32,000 nt of DNA from Bacillota bacterium (GTDB lineage Bacteria > Bacillota > Clostridia > Acetivibrionales > DSM-1351), in assembly GCA_023460955.1 (NCBI GenBank), contig JAEWOH010000048.1:79346-111345 (forward strand), written 5' to 3'. The translations under genes and the position numbers were made by a program. The stretch's first letter is position 1, and each line of letters begins with the position of its first letter. Positions 1-9,808 of the stretch are shown in pieces. The notes under the pieces are model-generated. The model saw nothing but the letters and a program-made list of their open reading frames with translations, did not search any database and had not been told where the DNA came from.

Positions 1-1
1 A

Positions 2-592
2 GCAAAGACAGCTAACAAGGTTAGAAAAGAACCACTTCAGGTTATACTGAACGGTCTTGGTAAGGATGCAGCATTTATTATTTCAAGAATCAACGGCTTT
101 ACATATGTTGAAACTGATTATGATTTCTCAACAAATACTCTTAACGTTGTTAGAACAAAAGCTTACTCAAACGGCGACAAGGCTAAGGTTAGAGTATACG
201 GTGCAAATGATGTTCTTGAAGGCGTTGCCATCATGATGCATGAAAATGTTGATGTATCAATCACTGGTAACTCAACAAACCCAACAAGATTCCAGCACTT
301 GGTTGCAGGTACATACAAGAAGTGGGCAAATGAAAATGGTAAGACATACTTCTCAGTTGCATCAGGTGGAGGAACAGGAAGAACCTTGCACCCAGATAAC
401 ATGGCTGCTGGTCCTGCTTCCTATGGTTTAACTGACTCAATGGGTAGAATGCACGGAGATGCACAGTTCGCTGGTTCTTCTTCAGTTCCTGCTCACGTTG
501 AAATGATGGGTCTCATCGGAGCTGGTAACAACCCAATGGTTGGTATGACAGTTGCTGTTGCAGTTGCTATCGAAGAAAGCTCAAAGAAATAA
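2..592 (+). CDS. GGGtGRT family protein (5' end outside window)
   Basis: Frame 2 is open from the window edge to the TAA at 590-592. The translation contains the literal family signature ...VASGGGTGRTLHPDN... A strong terminator follows. Confidence 0.75.
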   Translation, partial: AKTANKVRKEPLQVILNGLGKDAAFIISRINGFTYVETDYDFSTNTLNVVRTKAYSNGDKAKVRVYGANDVLEGVAIMMHENVDVSITGNSTNPTRFQHLVAGTYKKWANENGKTYFSVASGGGTGRTLHPDNMAAGPASYGLTDSMGRMHGDAQFAGSSSVPAHVEMMGLIGAGNNPMVGMTVAVAVAIEESSKK

Positions 593-631
593 GTTTTACC
601 TAGATTCACACAAGTAAAGATTTACAAAAAA

Positions 632-681
632 ACAGTACACGTCATTTTAATGATTTTTATTATGACGTGTACTGTTTTTTT
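632..681 (+). terminator. Rho-independent terminator
   Basis: Stem acagtacacgtcat (632-645) pairs with atgacgtgtactgt (662-675), followed by a T-run at 675-681. Confidence 0.75.
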
Positions 682-953
682 GTACATTTTTTTGAAGGAT
701 GGATAGGGTAGATATAGAAACGTATACCGATGCAAAGTTAAGGGTACTTTTGAAGAAACCAGAAGTACAAAAAGGGCTATGGTTGGAAGGTCGTGGTATG
801 GTAATATAAATAGGTGAGAGCCATAAGAATAAAATTTACCGATTTATATATGGATTCTCAATATGGCTCTTTAGTTATCCAATGCCATATGCAAAACATA
901 AAGTTACTGTGAAACATTTAGCGCAAATAATTAATGTGTAGTAATAATATTGT

Positions 954-1448
954 ATGGAGTGCAATCGAAGCATGTATAAAGAAAAAAGTAGAATTGGAAT
1001 TAAAGAAATGATTATAGGAAGCATAATTGCACTATTTGCTATATTAATTATAGCAAATTTTATACCTGTAAAAATTAGCTTTAATCAAAATAAGCTAAAT
1101 CAACCAGAGAATAATGAAACAATGGTACTTTGTGAATATGGTCAAACTACAGGTCCTAATTGGGTAATTATTGGTGATTATAAGGGTGAGTTTAGCTCAG
1201 ACAAAATTGAATTTATAGATGTAAAATGGAGTGTTTCAGGGAAATTACCTAATTCAAGTATCTTCATTGGACATAATAAATATGCTCTTTATGGTAAGTT
1301 TAATGGAGTTGAAACGATTGATGGATGTAATTATAGGGTTTTTGAGGTAAAGAGATGGGAAATTTTATACCCAATTGATAGGTTTTCACTAAGGTCATAT
1401 ATTACTCCTAAAAGATATTTAAATTTGTTTGATTTTTTGGATAATTAA
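954..1448 (+). CDS. Hypothetical protein with N-terminal membrane anchor
   Basis: 164-aa ORF with one hydrophobic helix (IIGSIIALFAILIIANFIPV) near the N-terminus. No recognisable catalytic motif. Start is uncertain: 954, or ATG 972 which has GGAG upstream. Confidence 0.5.
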   Translation: MECNRSMYKEKSRIGIKEMIIGSIIALFAILIIANFIPVKISFNQNKLNQPENNETMVLCEYGQTTGPNWVIIGDYKGEFSSDKIEFIDVKWSVSGKLPNSSIFIGHNKYALYGKFNGVETIDGCNYRVFEVKRWEILYPIDRFSLRSYITPKRYLNLFDFLDN

Positions 1449-1881
1449 GTGCTTATAGCCTTAACATAGAGTGAGTTTACTTTAGTGTAAGGCTTTTCTT
1501 CTTTAGCAGCATGCCTTTACCACACTTAAGTAAACAGTGTATAGGCTATTTATGAAAATTACAGTTAAGGCAAAGGACGAGGCATATAAGGATAAAAATA
1601 TAGGACACTATGAGAGACATATAACAATAATAGTAGGTATAGGTAGTAACAAAAATACAAAAAAGAATTGAAAATCAAACAAAAGTCGTTCTCGGGGAAT
1701 GATACAGGAAGAAACGAATAACTGTATGGCCTGTGGTGATGACTGTTGATTAACAGGTTTTGAATATTAAAAGCTATAAAGCTTGAGTTTTATTGAATTT
1801 AGATTACTTTGTTGCGGCTTCACCAATTGAGAAGGTATTATAAATTGTTAATGACAAATTAAAAAAGGGGGTATTACTTCA

Positions 1882-2298
1882 ATGGATATTGAAAAAAAGG
1901 TTGTAAAGTTATTTGATAGTGAAAATTGCATACTTTATGGTAATCTTATTTTATACGAAGAAGCTCCAGATGATATTGATTTGGTAGCGGTTGAATTAAC
2001 CTTCGGTAACTGTAAGATTTCTTTGGTAAGAGAGAACTTCTTTTCAGCACTTATAGCTGTAAGAAGGATTTTGGAGAAGCAAAACATTCAGATTATTTGT
2101 AATGGTGCTTCTAAAACAGTGTATCCTTCACCAATGCAATTGTCCATGGGAACTGGTAGAGTAGCTTATAAACTGTATACTGGACAAAAAGCGAGTATGG
2201 CGGATGTCGTTGACATATTTGATTGCGATGAAAATATGGAGTTTGTGAGTATTGAGGAACAAGAAAAATTCTATTCTGATTGGTTAAAGGGGTTTTAG
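1882..2298 (+). CDS. Hypothetical protein
   Basis: 138-aa ORF preceded by the RBS aaagggggt 8 nt upstream of the ATG. I recognise no family. Confidence 0.6.
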   Translation: MDIEKKVVKLFDSENCILYGNLILYEEAPDDIDLVAVELTFGNCKISLVRENFFSALIAVRRILEKQNIQIICNGASKTVYPSPMQLSMGTGRVAYKLYTGQKASMADVVDIFDCDENMEFVSIEEQEKFYSDWLKGF

Positions 2299-2454
2299 CA
2301 TAATTACATTAACATGTAATCGGAGGTTTAAATAAATGGAAAATTTCAATATAAAATGGTATCATTGTATAAAGAAAGTTTGAGGAAAATTTCAGTTTTT
2401 CATAAATAAGCAAAAATGAAGTATTCATAATATTTACTACAACAAAACGAGGAG

Positions 2455-3300
2455 ATGTATATAGTGATATTAGAATCAAATACATTATTTTCACCAACTC
2501 AGATTAAAAATGATTTTAGTAAAAACAGAAAACTCTTTATGGAATTTGCTCCTTGTTGTAGATTAAGACAATATATATATTGTTATTGGATATCTCCAGT
2601 TGACTTAAGCAGCGAGAATAATAAAAAGCCGGATATTAATAATGAATTAGTTATTCCGGATGGATGCATAGATATTTTATTTAGAATCAATACAAAAACC
2701 AAAGAACTCCAAGTATTAGTTATTGGAATAATGGATGCTCCAACAGAAGTAAACTTTGAGTACGATATATTTCAAACTTTTGGTATAAGGTTTTTTCCAG
2801 GTGTACTTTATCCATTCTTTAAATATCCTCTAAATGATTTTACAAACAAAATTACATTATTAGATGATGTAATTGATGATGTAAGACGAAAGTTGGGAGA
2901 AGAGTTAATAAATGCTTCGACTATAAATGAGATGGTTTCTTCTGCAGATAAATACTTTTCTATGCTTTTGAATAATTCAGTGTATAATGTTACCCTAAAT
3001 AATGCTCTTCATTTGATATATAAATCGAAAGGTAATATATCTATTAAAGATATTTCAAATAGTGAAGTAATAAGTGAGAGGCAAATCAGGAGAATTTTTA
3101 ATAATTGGATTGGAATTAATCCAAAAACTTTCTGTAGAATAGTTAGGTTTCAAAATATCTTAAAGAATCCAATGTTGTCACAAGAAATAAATTGGATAAA
3201 CCTTTCACTGGAAAGTGGATATTATGATCAAACACATTTTATAAAAGAATTCAAAGAATTTAGTGGTTTTACACCTGATAAATTTTTCGAAATCAAATGA
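2455..3300 (+). CDS. AraC family transcriptional regulator
   Basis: C-terminal double HTH typical of AraC/XylS (ISIKDISNSEVISERQIRRIFNNWIGINPKTF...ESGYYDQTHFIKEFKEFSGFTPDKF). Start is ambiguous: ATG 2455 abuts GGAG; GTG 2464 or ATG 2539 are possible. Confidence 0.85.
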   Translation: MYIVILESNTLFSPTQIKNDFSKNRKLFMEFAPCCRLRQYIYCYWISPVDLSSENNKKPDINNELVIPDGCIDILFRINTKTKELQVLVIGIMDAPTEVNFEYDIFQTFGIRFFPGVLYPFFKYPLNDFTNKITLLDDVIDDVRRKLGEELINASTINEMVSSADKYFSMLLNNSVYNVTLNNALHLIYKSKGNISIKDISNSEVISERQIRRIFNNWIGINPKTFCRIVRFQNILKNPMLSQEINWINLSLESGYYDQTHFIKEFKEFSGFTPDKFFEIK

Positions 3301-3394
3301 TTATGTCCGTTTTTTATGATACAGGGGTTTTCTTAATGACATATAATTTAAGAAAATACAATAATTATTATGATAAATAACGGAGGACATAAGG

Positions 3395-4525
3395 ATGTTT
3401 AGTGATTTTGATTTAATATTAGTCAATGGTTATCTTATAGATGGTACTGGTACAGAGCCAGTTAAAAATGCAGTTGTGGGAATTAAGGATGGGAAAATTG
3501 CATCAGTTATTAAAGATGACGAATTTAAAATAAAAGCTGAAAACTGCAAAGTGATTGATTTGGAAGGTAAAACAATTTTACCAGGATTTATAAATACTCA
3601 TGTCCATATTAATTTTGCTGATCCTGATTATATTAAAAAATGGCTTTATTCAGGGATTACAACTGTAAGGGATATGGGTATATTAGATACCTTAGAGGTT
3701 ACAGATGTACTGGAAAAAAGGGATACAATACTTAATACTAATGAATTCCCGAGGATTATTATAGCAGGTAAGTTTATCACAGCATTGGGGGGATATGGTG
3801 GATGCAACCCAATTGGAATTATCTCTGAGGAAGAAGCAGTAAAAAAAGTAAATGAACTGTTAGACATGGGATGTGATCTTATAAAGACAGTTTTAGAAGA
3901 TGGGTATGATCCAAGTACTTTTGGACTCCCTAAATTGAGTAAGGAGTTACTAAAGGCTATATGTGATGAAGCACATAGTAAAGGTGCCTGGGTTTCGGCA
4001 CATGTATCACAGGCAAAGAATTTAGAGATATTAGTTGATGCTGGAATTAATGAAGCAGCCCATAATGTATGTGATAAAATATCTGATGAGCTTATAGAAA
4101 AAATGGTTAAGAAAAATGTTTATATGGTTCCTACTATGAATTTATATAAGGCATTTAGTGAAAAGTATGGTGCTGCATTTTATGATACTTGTGTTGATAA
4201 TCTTGTAAGGTTCATTCAGGCAGGAGGGCAAATTGCAATTGGAACTGATTTTATTGAAGAGGATTTACCTTGGTTTGAATTAGGATTACCATTTTATGAA
4301 TTACAATTATTAAAAGATTCAGGGTTAGACAATAAGAAGATAATAACTGCCTTAACTAAAAACGGAGCTGAGGTAATAGGCTTAAGTGACAGAATAGGAA
4401 CTATAGAAAGAAATAAAATAGCTGATATAATTGTGGTTAACGGTAATCCTTTAATGGATTTAGAATGCTTAAAGGATATAAATCTTATTATTAAAAATGG
4501 AGAGATTATCAGAAATGAAAAATAA
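3395..4525 (+). CDS. Amidohydrolase family protein (metal-dependent hydrolase)
   Basis: N-terminal beta-sandwich followed by the HxH metal motif (GFINTHVHI). C-terminal ...GTDF... and ...ADIIVVNGNPL... are typical of the amidohydrolase superfamily. RBS ggagga upstream. Confidence 0.85.
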   Translation: MFSDFDLILVNGYLIDGTGTEPVKNAVVGIKDGKIASVIKDDEFKIKAENCKVIDLEGKTILPGFINTHVHINFADPDYIKKWLYSGITTVRDMGILDTLEVTDVLEKRDTILNTNEFPRIIIAGKFITALGGYGGCNPIGIISEEEAVKKVNELLDMGCDLIKTVLEDGYDPSTFGLPKLSKELLKAICDEAHSKGAWVSAHVSQAKNLEILVDAGINEAAHNVCDKISDELIEKMVKKNVYMVPTMNLYKAFSEKYGAAFYDTCVDNLVRFIQAGGQIAIGTDFIEEDLPWFELGLPFYELQLLKDSGLDNKKIITALTKNGAEVIGLSDRIGTIERNKIADIIVVNGNPLMDLECLKDINLIIKNGEIIRNEK

Positions 4526-4607
4526 TAAGATGTAATTACATAGGCGGAATGACAATAAATATTGTTAAAACGAATTAAGTTTTGCTGAACATAATAGAGC
4601 TTAATAT

Positions 4608-4659
4608 AGGCTGAGCAGCCAAGAAGGGTTTCCCGTTCAAGACTGCTCAGCCTTTTTTA
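4608..4659 (+). terminator. Rho-independent terminator
   Basis: aggctgagcag (4608-4618) pairs with ctgctcagcct (4643-4653), then TTTTTT. A second small hairpin, cccttg/caaggg, follows at about 4674-4692. Confidence 0.6.
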
Positions 4660-4810
4660 TAGTGTAAGGCGTGTCCCTTGAACAGCAAGGGGTTTTATTT
4701 AACATTGAAGTAACAAAATACTTGCTGTAAAATTAATTATTGAATAGGCAAACATTTGATTGAAATTAACGTAATATATTATGTCGGAATAATAATTACA
4801 ACAGGAGATT

Positions 4811-5500
4811 ATGATGAATACAGATTTGTTAAAGTTAAATGGAAAAAGAGGGTACTTTTATAGGATATTATTCATATTGCTGGTGCCTATGGCTCAAGGT
4901 TTATATTTTTTAATTAATCTCACTACCACAAGAGCTTACGATATTACCATATATTTAGACAAGTTTATACCTTTTAATGAGTGGTTTATTTTACCTTACG
5001 TGTTTTGGTACTTCTATACCTTCGGAGCACTACTTATTTTGGCCTATGTAGATTACAAGACCTTTTATAAGCTGTTGTTCAGTATTGTAACAGGAATGCT
5101 GGTATGTTTTACAGTATACGTGATTTTTCCTACAACTGTCCCAAGACCACATGTTGAAGGCACAAACCTGCTTCAGAAACTGGTATTATATATATACGGC
5201 AATGACAAGCCTTATAACTGTTTCCCAAGCATTCATATGATGGATACTTTGCTTATCACAATGTTCATATTTAAACACTTTAAAAGCCGCCTATTAAAGC
5301 TATCGACAGGAATCATATGCGTATGCATTTATCTTTCCACATGGTTCGTTAAGCAGCACAGCATCCTTGATGCGGTTGCATCGACAATATTAGGAATAAG
5401 CTTGTTCTTTGTATTTGAAAATGAATATGTAATAAGGAAGCTTTCGGAGCTAAGAGAAATCCTCAGTTTCAGGAAGAGGGTTAAAGAGGTTTCAGAATAA
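4811..5500 (+). CDS. PAP2 superfamily membrane phosphatase/transferase-like protein
   Basis: Polytopic membrane protein with PAP2-like motifs (CFPSIHMMDT resembling PSGH; KQHSILDAVAS resembling HxxxD). The second ATG at 4814 is an equally good start. Confidence 0.65.
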   Translation: MMNTDLLKLNGKRGYFYRILFILLVPMAQGLYFLINLTTTRAYDITIYLDKFIPFNEWFILPYVFWYFYTFGALLILAYVDYKTFYKLLFSIVTGMLVCFTVYVIFPTTVPRPHVEGTNLLQKLVLYIYGNDKPYNCFPSIHMMDTLLITMFIFKHFKSRLLKLSTGIICVCIYLSTWFVKQHSILDAVASTILGISLFFVFENEYVIRKLSELREILSFRKRVKEVSE

Positions 5501-5652
5501 TTTACCTGCTTATAAAAATATTATATAATTTTGTCTGTTGTATAAATATAAATTATTTGTATAATTAGATATTATATAATATTTTTTTATTATGAGTAAT
5601 CTGGACAAATGCTTAAAAAGCAAAGTTCCAATTTCCATACATGGAGGTTAAA

Positions 5653-6471
5653 ATGAGCTTTAAAAGACAAGAGTTAAAGGACGCACACCGGATTGTAATT
5701 AAGGTTGGAACATCGACATTAACATATGATACAGGAAAAATTAATTTTACAAGAATTGATAAGCTCGCAAGAATTATTTCAGATCTTTCAAACCAGGGCA
5801 AAGAGGTAATACTTGTTACTTCGGGTGCCATAGGCGTCGGTGTAGACAAGCTTAAGCTTCCCGAGAGGCCGAAAACCATACGTGAAAAGCAGGCTGTTGC
5901 TGCAGTAGGGCAATGTGAGCTTATGCACATGTATAGCAAATTCTTCTCAGAATATGGTCATATTGTAGGTCAGATTCTATTGACTAGAGATATTGTCGGT
6001 GATGAAAGCTGCTGTAAAAATGTTGTTAATACATTTGAAACTTTATTGGCTAAAGGAATTGTGCCGATTGTTAATGAAAACGACTCAGTATCAATTGTGG
6101 AGCTTAAGGTAGGGCAGATTGATACCTTTAGTGAAAATGATACTCTATCGGCTATTGTTGCAAAACTTATTCGTGCTGACTTGCTGATAATTCTATCGGA
6201 CATAGACGGGTTTTATGACAGTGACCCAAGAAAAAATCCAAACTCAAAAATGTTATCAGTTATTGAGGACATTACACCTGAAATTGAATGTTGTGCAGAC
6301 GGAGCTGGAACAAAACGCGGAACAGGGGGAATGGTAACTAAGCTCAAGGCGGCTAAAATTGCCACTAAAGCCGGCGTTAACGTAGTTCTTACAAACGGCA
6401 GTTACCCTGAAGCAGTTATGAATATAATTAATGGGGATGAAATTGGTACTGTTTTTGTTGGAAGGGAATAA
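5653..6471 (+). CDS. proB: Glutamate 5-kinase (short form, no PUA domain)
   Basis: RIVIKVGTSTLT..., LVTSGAIGVG and GTGGMVTKLKAA are amino-acid kinase / ProB signatures. The ORF opens at 5641, but GGAGG at 5643-5647 favours ATG 5653. Confidence 0.9.
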   Translation: MSFKRQELKDAHRIVIKVGTSTLTYDTGKINFTRIDKLARIISDLSNQGKEVILVTSGAIGVGVDKLKLPERPKTIREKQAVAAVGQCELMHMYSKFFSEYGHIVGQILLTRDIVGDESCCKNVVNTFETLLAKGIVPIVNENDSVSIVELKVGQIDTFSENDTLSAIVAKLIRADLLIILSDIDGFYDSDPRKNPNSKMLSVIEDITPEIECCADGAGTKRGTGGMVTKLKAAKIATKAGVNVVLTNGSYPEAVMNIINGDEIGTVFVGRE

Positions 6472-6523
6472 TTATTACTTGATTGCACCACACAAAATTA
6501 AATATAGAATTTAATATAATAAA

Positions 6524-6551
6524 TAAAAACCCCGCCACAGCGGGGTTTTTA
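6524..6551. terminator. Bidirectional rho-independent terminator between proB and the PBP gene
   Basis: ccccgc (6530-6535) pairs with gcgggg (6540-6545), flanked by an A-run upstream and a T-run downstream. Confidence 0.8.
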
Positions 6552-6595
6552 TTTGTATTGTTCTAAATATACATAATTAACCAATATTATCTTTC

Positions 6596-9145
6596 TTACG
6601 GTATTGTTTCCATTCCGTCGTCCGGCTGCTTTTCAGGTATATTTGTAACAGGTGCCGTAGGCTTTTGAGGTCCTTTTGACGCTCCGTTATTTTGCAACGG
6701 TGACGGGTTAATAGGCTGTACAGTTGAAGAGCTGTGGATTGTACAGTATTCTTCCTGAGGTACCTCGTACATCCAGTCCTTGATTTGTGCGGCAAGTGAT
6801 TTATCACTTGGATCCTTTGGCAGGTATGGCACAGGACGCTTTATAAATACCTTTTCCTGAACAAGTGCCGGAGGACAATAAGGTCCAGCCAACAAAGGCC
6901 TGCCATATAAATCTTTACTTGATATATCAACCTTTGCGAGTACGTGAACGTTACAGAAATCGGTACTGCTTGGTTCAGTACCCTTCACAAAATATTCAGA
7001 GGTTAATCTGCTTCCTCTCGGATCATTAGCACAATTTGGTCCCGGTACCTTTCCCGAATCCACACACACAGTTTTCTTCACAATGTTTTCAGGCATCGGG
7101 TTAAAGTTCTTCACATCAAGATTTGAATGTATACGGTTCATAACTTTATTCCACAGTAAAAGTGCTTGGTTCCACTCGGTTTTCTTAAGTGATTTTGGAG
7201 TATTATAGCCATACCAGGTTGCACCTACATAGTAGGGGGAGTAGCCAACAAACCACTTATCCTTATAATCATTGGTGGTACCGGTCTTACCTGCCGAAGG
7301 AATTGTTTTCCCAGACTTGTTTTTAATCTGTCCATACCGGAGGCCGTTACTACCCGGAACTGCTCCTGCAGCAGTTCCGTTTGTAACAACGTCCTGGAGC
7401 ATGCTTGTCATTATAAAGGCGGTACTTTCCTTGTAGGCGACATTGCTTTCCTGCTCCTGCTTTTTATCCAGAAGCACATTACCCTTATCATCGGTTACTT
7501 TTGTATATGCAATAGGTTCCAAATACATACCCTTATTGACAAACGGAACATATGCCGACGCCATAATAAGAGGATTTACACCCTCATTAAGACCTCCGAG
7601 AGCCATGGAAACATAACCCTCCTTAGGTCTGTCTATATGAACCTTTTTCAAATATTCCAATGATTTACCAGCACCCAGATAATCTCTGAACAATAAGGCC
7701 GCAACTACGTTCTGGGATTTTGTAATAGCTTTTCTTACAGTTAATAAACCTTGATAAGTTCCGGACTCGGCATTTGTAGGATATGGTGTTGTGGGTTTTG
7801 TATTATCCATATAAACCGGCACATCATCCACAACGGTTGCTGCTGTGAAAAGACCGGTATCTATACCCGGAGCGTAAACTGCTATTGGTTTAAAACTGGA
7901 GCCGGGCTGTCTGTGCATCAGCTCGGAGGCCGCTTTATTTAGTGTAAAATTAGCTGTTTTTTGACCGTATCCCCCATACATTCCGCGAATCTGGCCGTTG
8001 TTAGGATCGAGTACCAGCATGGCTCCCTGGGCCTGCATATCAGGATTGCTTATCTTTGCATTTGCAGGGAAGTTGTTTATGTTTGTAAATTCCTCAGTCA
8101 TTATTTTTTGAACATTGGAATCCTGAGTAGTATATATCTTCAAGCCGCTGTTGTATATTTTAATGCTGGCAGCATCGCTTGAAAGGTTATACTGCTTCAT
8201 AAGGTCTTTCTTAACTTGGGTCAGCACATAGTCAACAAAGTAGCTCTGTACATTTGTTACCTTTTTTGTTTCTTCATCCTTGGGCTGATAAAATTTTAGC
8301 TTTTCGGCTACAGCTTCGTCATATTCATTCTGGCTGATGTAACCCTGCTTAAGCATTTCTTTAAGAATAATTTCCTGACGATCTTTATTTCTATTTTTGT
8401 TTTTTTCACTAAGTGTCGGGTCATACAAGCCCGGTGATTTGGTTATTCCGGCTATGCAGGCACATTCTGCAAGTGACAGATCATCTACATCCTTATTAAA
8501 GAATTTCTTTGCTGCGGCCTGAACACCATAAACACCAGAGCCGGTAGTAATACGGTTCATGTAGTTGTCAAGTATCTGGTCTTTTGATAGAACTTTTTCA
8601 AGTGCCATGGCCTGCCAGGCTTCCTGAACCTTTCTTTTTATTGTTGACTCTTCATTTCCTGTAATATTTTTTACAAGCTGCTGAGTTATTGTACTACCGC
8701 CATAAGAGGCATTACCAAAGGTAATTATATACTCGAAAGCAGCTCCTACAAAACGTTTAATGTCCATACCATTATGTGTTTTAAAACGTGAGTCTTCAAT
8801 AGCAATAAAAGCATTTCTCATATTATCGGGTATTTCTGAATGTTCAACCAGCACTCTGTTTTCACTACCCTTTATCTGGGCTATTTCGTTTCCATCTTTA
8901 TCATATATGAAAGAGGTAAGCTTCGTTATATCCAGCTGATCGGGAGTTATTTCAGGAGCATTTTTTACATAGCCAAATACAGCTCCTCCTAAAATTCCAC
9001 CAAAGACACACCCTAAAGATATGAGGATAACCATTACTGTCTTAATAACTGCAAGTGTAAATTGAACATAAGGAGAAGAACGTTTCTTTTTCTTCTTCAC
9101 CGGCTGCTCTTCATTACTTTTTGCAGCTTTTTCATTAGGTCTCAT
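6596..9145 (-). CDS. Class A penicillin-binding protein (PBP1A family transglycosylase/transpeptidase)
   Basis: GT51 motif EDSRFKTHNGMD. Transpeptidase motifs SSFKP (SxxK) and KTGTT. N-terminal basic tail plus TM helix. Start set at ATG 9145 (MRPNEK...) because AAGGAGG lies 5-6 nt upstream. Confidence 0.9.
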   Translation of the reverse strand: MRPNEKAAKSNEEQPVKKKKKRSSPYVQFTLAVIKTVMVILISLGCVFGGILGGAVFGYVKNAPEITPDQLDITKLTSFIYDKDGNEIAQIKGSENRVLVEHSEIPDNMRNAFIAIEDSRFKTHNGMDIKRFVGAAFEYIITFGNASYGGSTITQQLVKNITGNEESTIKRKVQEAWQAMALEKVLSKDQILDNYMNRITTGSGVYGVQAAAKKFFNKDVDDLSLAECACIAGITKSPGLYDPTLSEKNKNRNKDRQEIILKEMLKQGYISQNEYDEAVAEKLKFYQPKDEETKKVTNVQSYFVDYVLTQVKKDLMKQYNLSSDAASIKIYNSGLKIYTTQDSNVQKIMTEEFTNINNFPANAKISNPDMQAQGAMLVLDPNNGQIRGMYGGYGQKTANFTLNKAASELMHRQPGSSFKPIAVYAPGIDTGLFTAATVVDDVPVYMDNTKPTTPYPTNAESGTYQGLLTVRKAITKSQNVVAALLFRDYLGAGKSLEYLKKVHIDRPKEGYVSMALGGLNEGVNPLIMASAYVPFVNKGMYLEPIAYTKVTDDKGNVLLDKKQEQESNVAYKESTAFIMTSMLQDVVTNGTAAGAVPGSNGLRYGQIKNKSGKTIPSAGKTGTTNDYKDKWFVGYSPYYVGATWYGYNTPKSLKKTEWNQALLLWNKVMNRIHSNLDVKNFNPMPENIVKKTVCVDSGKVPGPNCANDPRGSRLTSEYFVKGTEPSSTDFCNVHVLAKVDISSKDLYGRPLLAGPYCPPALVQEKVFIKRPVPYLPKDPSDKSLAAQIKDWMYEVPQEEYCTIHSSSTVQPINPSPLQNNGASKGPQKPTAPVTNIPEKQPDDGMETIP

Positions 9146-9254
9146 AATATCCTCCTTAACTTTCTGAATAACAGTTGTTCTCAATATTATACCACAGTAG
9201 GAAAAGAGCCGCAACAAATTGCCTTGTCAGCAGGTTTCAAGCTAGTTTGTAATA

Positions 9255-9290
9255 TTATTAAACCCCGGTCCACATATGTGAAACGGGGTA
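9255..9290 (-). terminator. Hairpin downstream of the bactofilin gene (possible terminator)
   Basis: accccg (9262-9267) pairs with cggggt (9284-9289), enclosing the inner palindrome cacatatgtg. A T-rich tract follows on the minus strand. Confidence 0.4.
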
Positions 9291-9304
9291 AATAAATTAA
9301 CTGA

Positions 9305-9730
9305 TTAGGACTCCTCTTCGCCGGCAGCTGCACTTTTTCTGAAGTCCTTTTTCTTTCCCAATAAAATTGGTTTAGCCGCGGGGGCTTCAAGCATTTTGCA
9401 ATTCCCCTCAAAAAGACTTCCTTCTTCACAGACAAAGGATTTTACCTGAATGTCTCCAACTACCCGTGAGGTTGATAAAAGCTTGAGTAAGCCTGATGTA
9501 AATACGTTTCCTTCTATGGTACCTGAAACGTGAATATTTGAAGCTGACACATCGCCTTTGATTACTGAGGCATTCCCCAGATACAAATCACCTTGAATGA
9601 TGACATTCCCTGTTACCTTACCATCAATTCTCACAATTCCCTTGGAGTTTATATCACCCTTCATCTCAGTGTTTGTACCTATAAGAGTGTCAAATGTGGC
9701 TTTCTCGTAATCTGTTTGCTTTTTAAACAA
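9305..9730 (-). CDS. Bactofilin (polymer-forming cytoskeletal protein)
   Basis: Repetitive beta-helix pattern G.V.I.G.V.G.. throughout (GIVRIDGKVTGNVIIQGDLYLGNASVIKGDVSASNIHVSGTIEGNV). TTG start with a GGGGG RBS. Confidence 0.85.
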   Translation of the reverse strand: MFKKQTDYEKATFDTLIGTNTEMKGDINSKGIVRIDGKVTGNVIIQGDLYLGNASVIKGDVSASNIHVSGTIEGNVFTSGLLKLLSTSRVVGDIQVKSFVCEEGSLFEGNCKMLEAPAAKPILLGKKKDFRKSAAAGEEES

Positions 9731-9808
9731 GTTTTTTTCCCCCTTTAATGTAAATCAAATCGGTGTTTATAGTAATTTAAATGTAGCTCCTATATGCCTA
9801 TGCTCAAA

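Noticed and set aside
707-808. 33-aa ORF (MDRVDIETYTDAKLRVLLKKPEVQKGLWLEGRGMVI)
   Set aside because: The GAAGG abuts the ATG with zero spacing and there is no supporting context. It could be a gene relic, but I cannot support it.
5501-5640. T-box or other leader upstream of proB
   Set aside because: The region is only ~140 nt and extremely AT-rich. I found no T-box consensus or terminator/antiterminator pair.
9146-9217. Longer PBP start at 9217 (MLRLFSYCG...)
   Set aside because: There is no RBS, whereas ATG 9145 has AAGGAGG at ideal spacing and gives the usual basic N-terminal tail.
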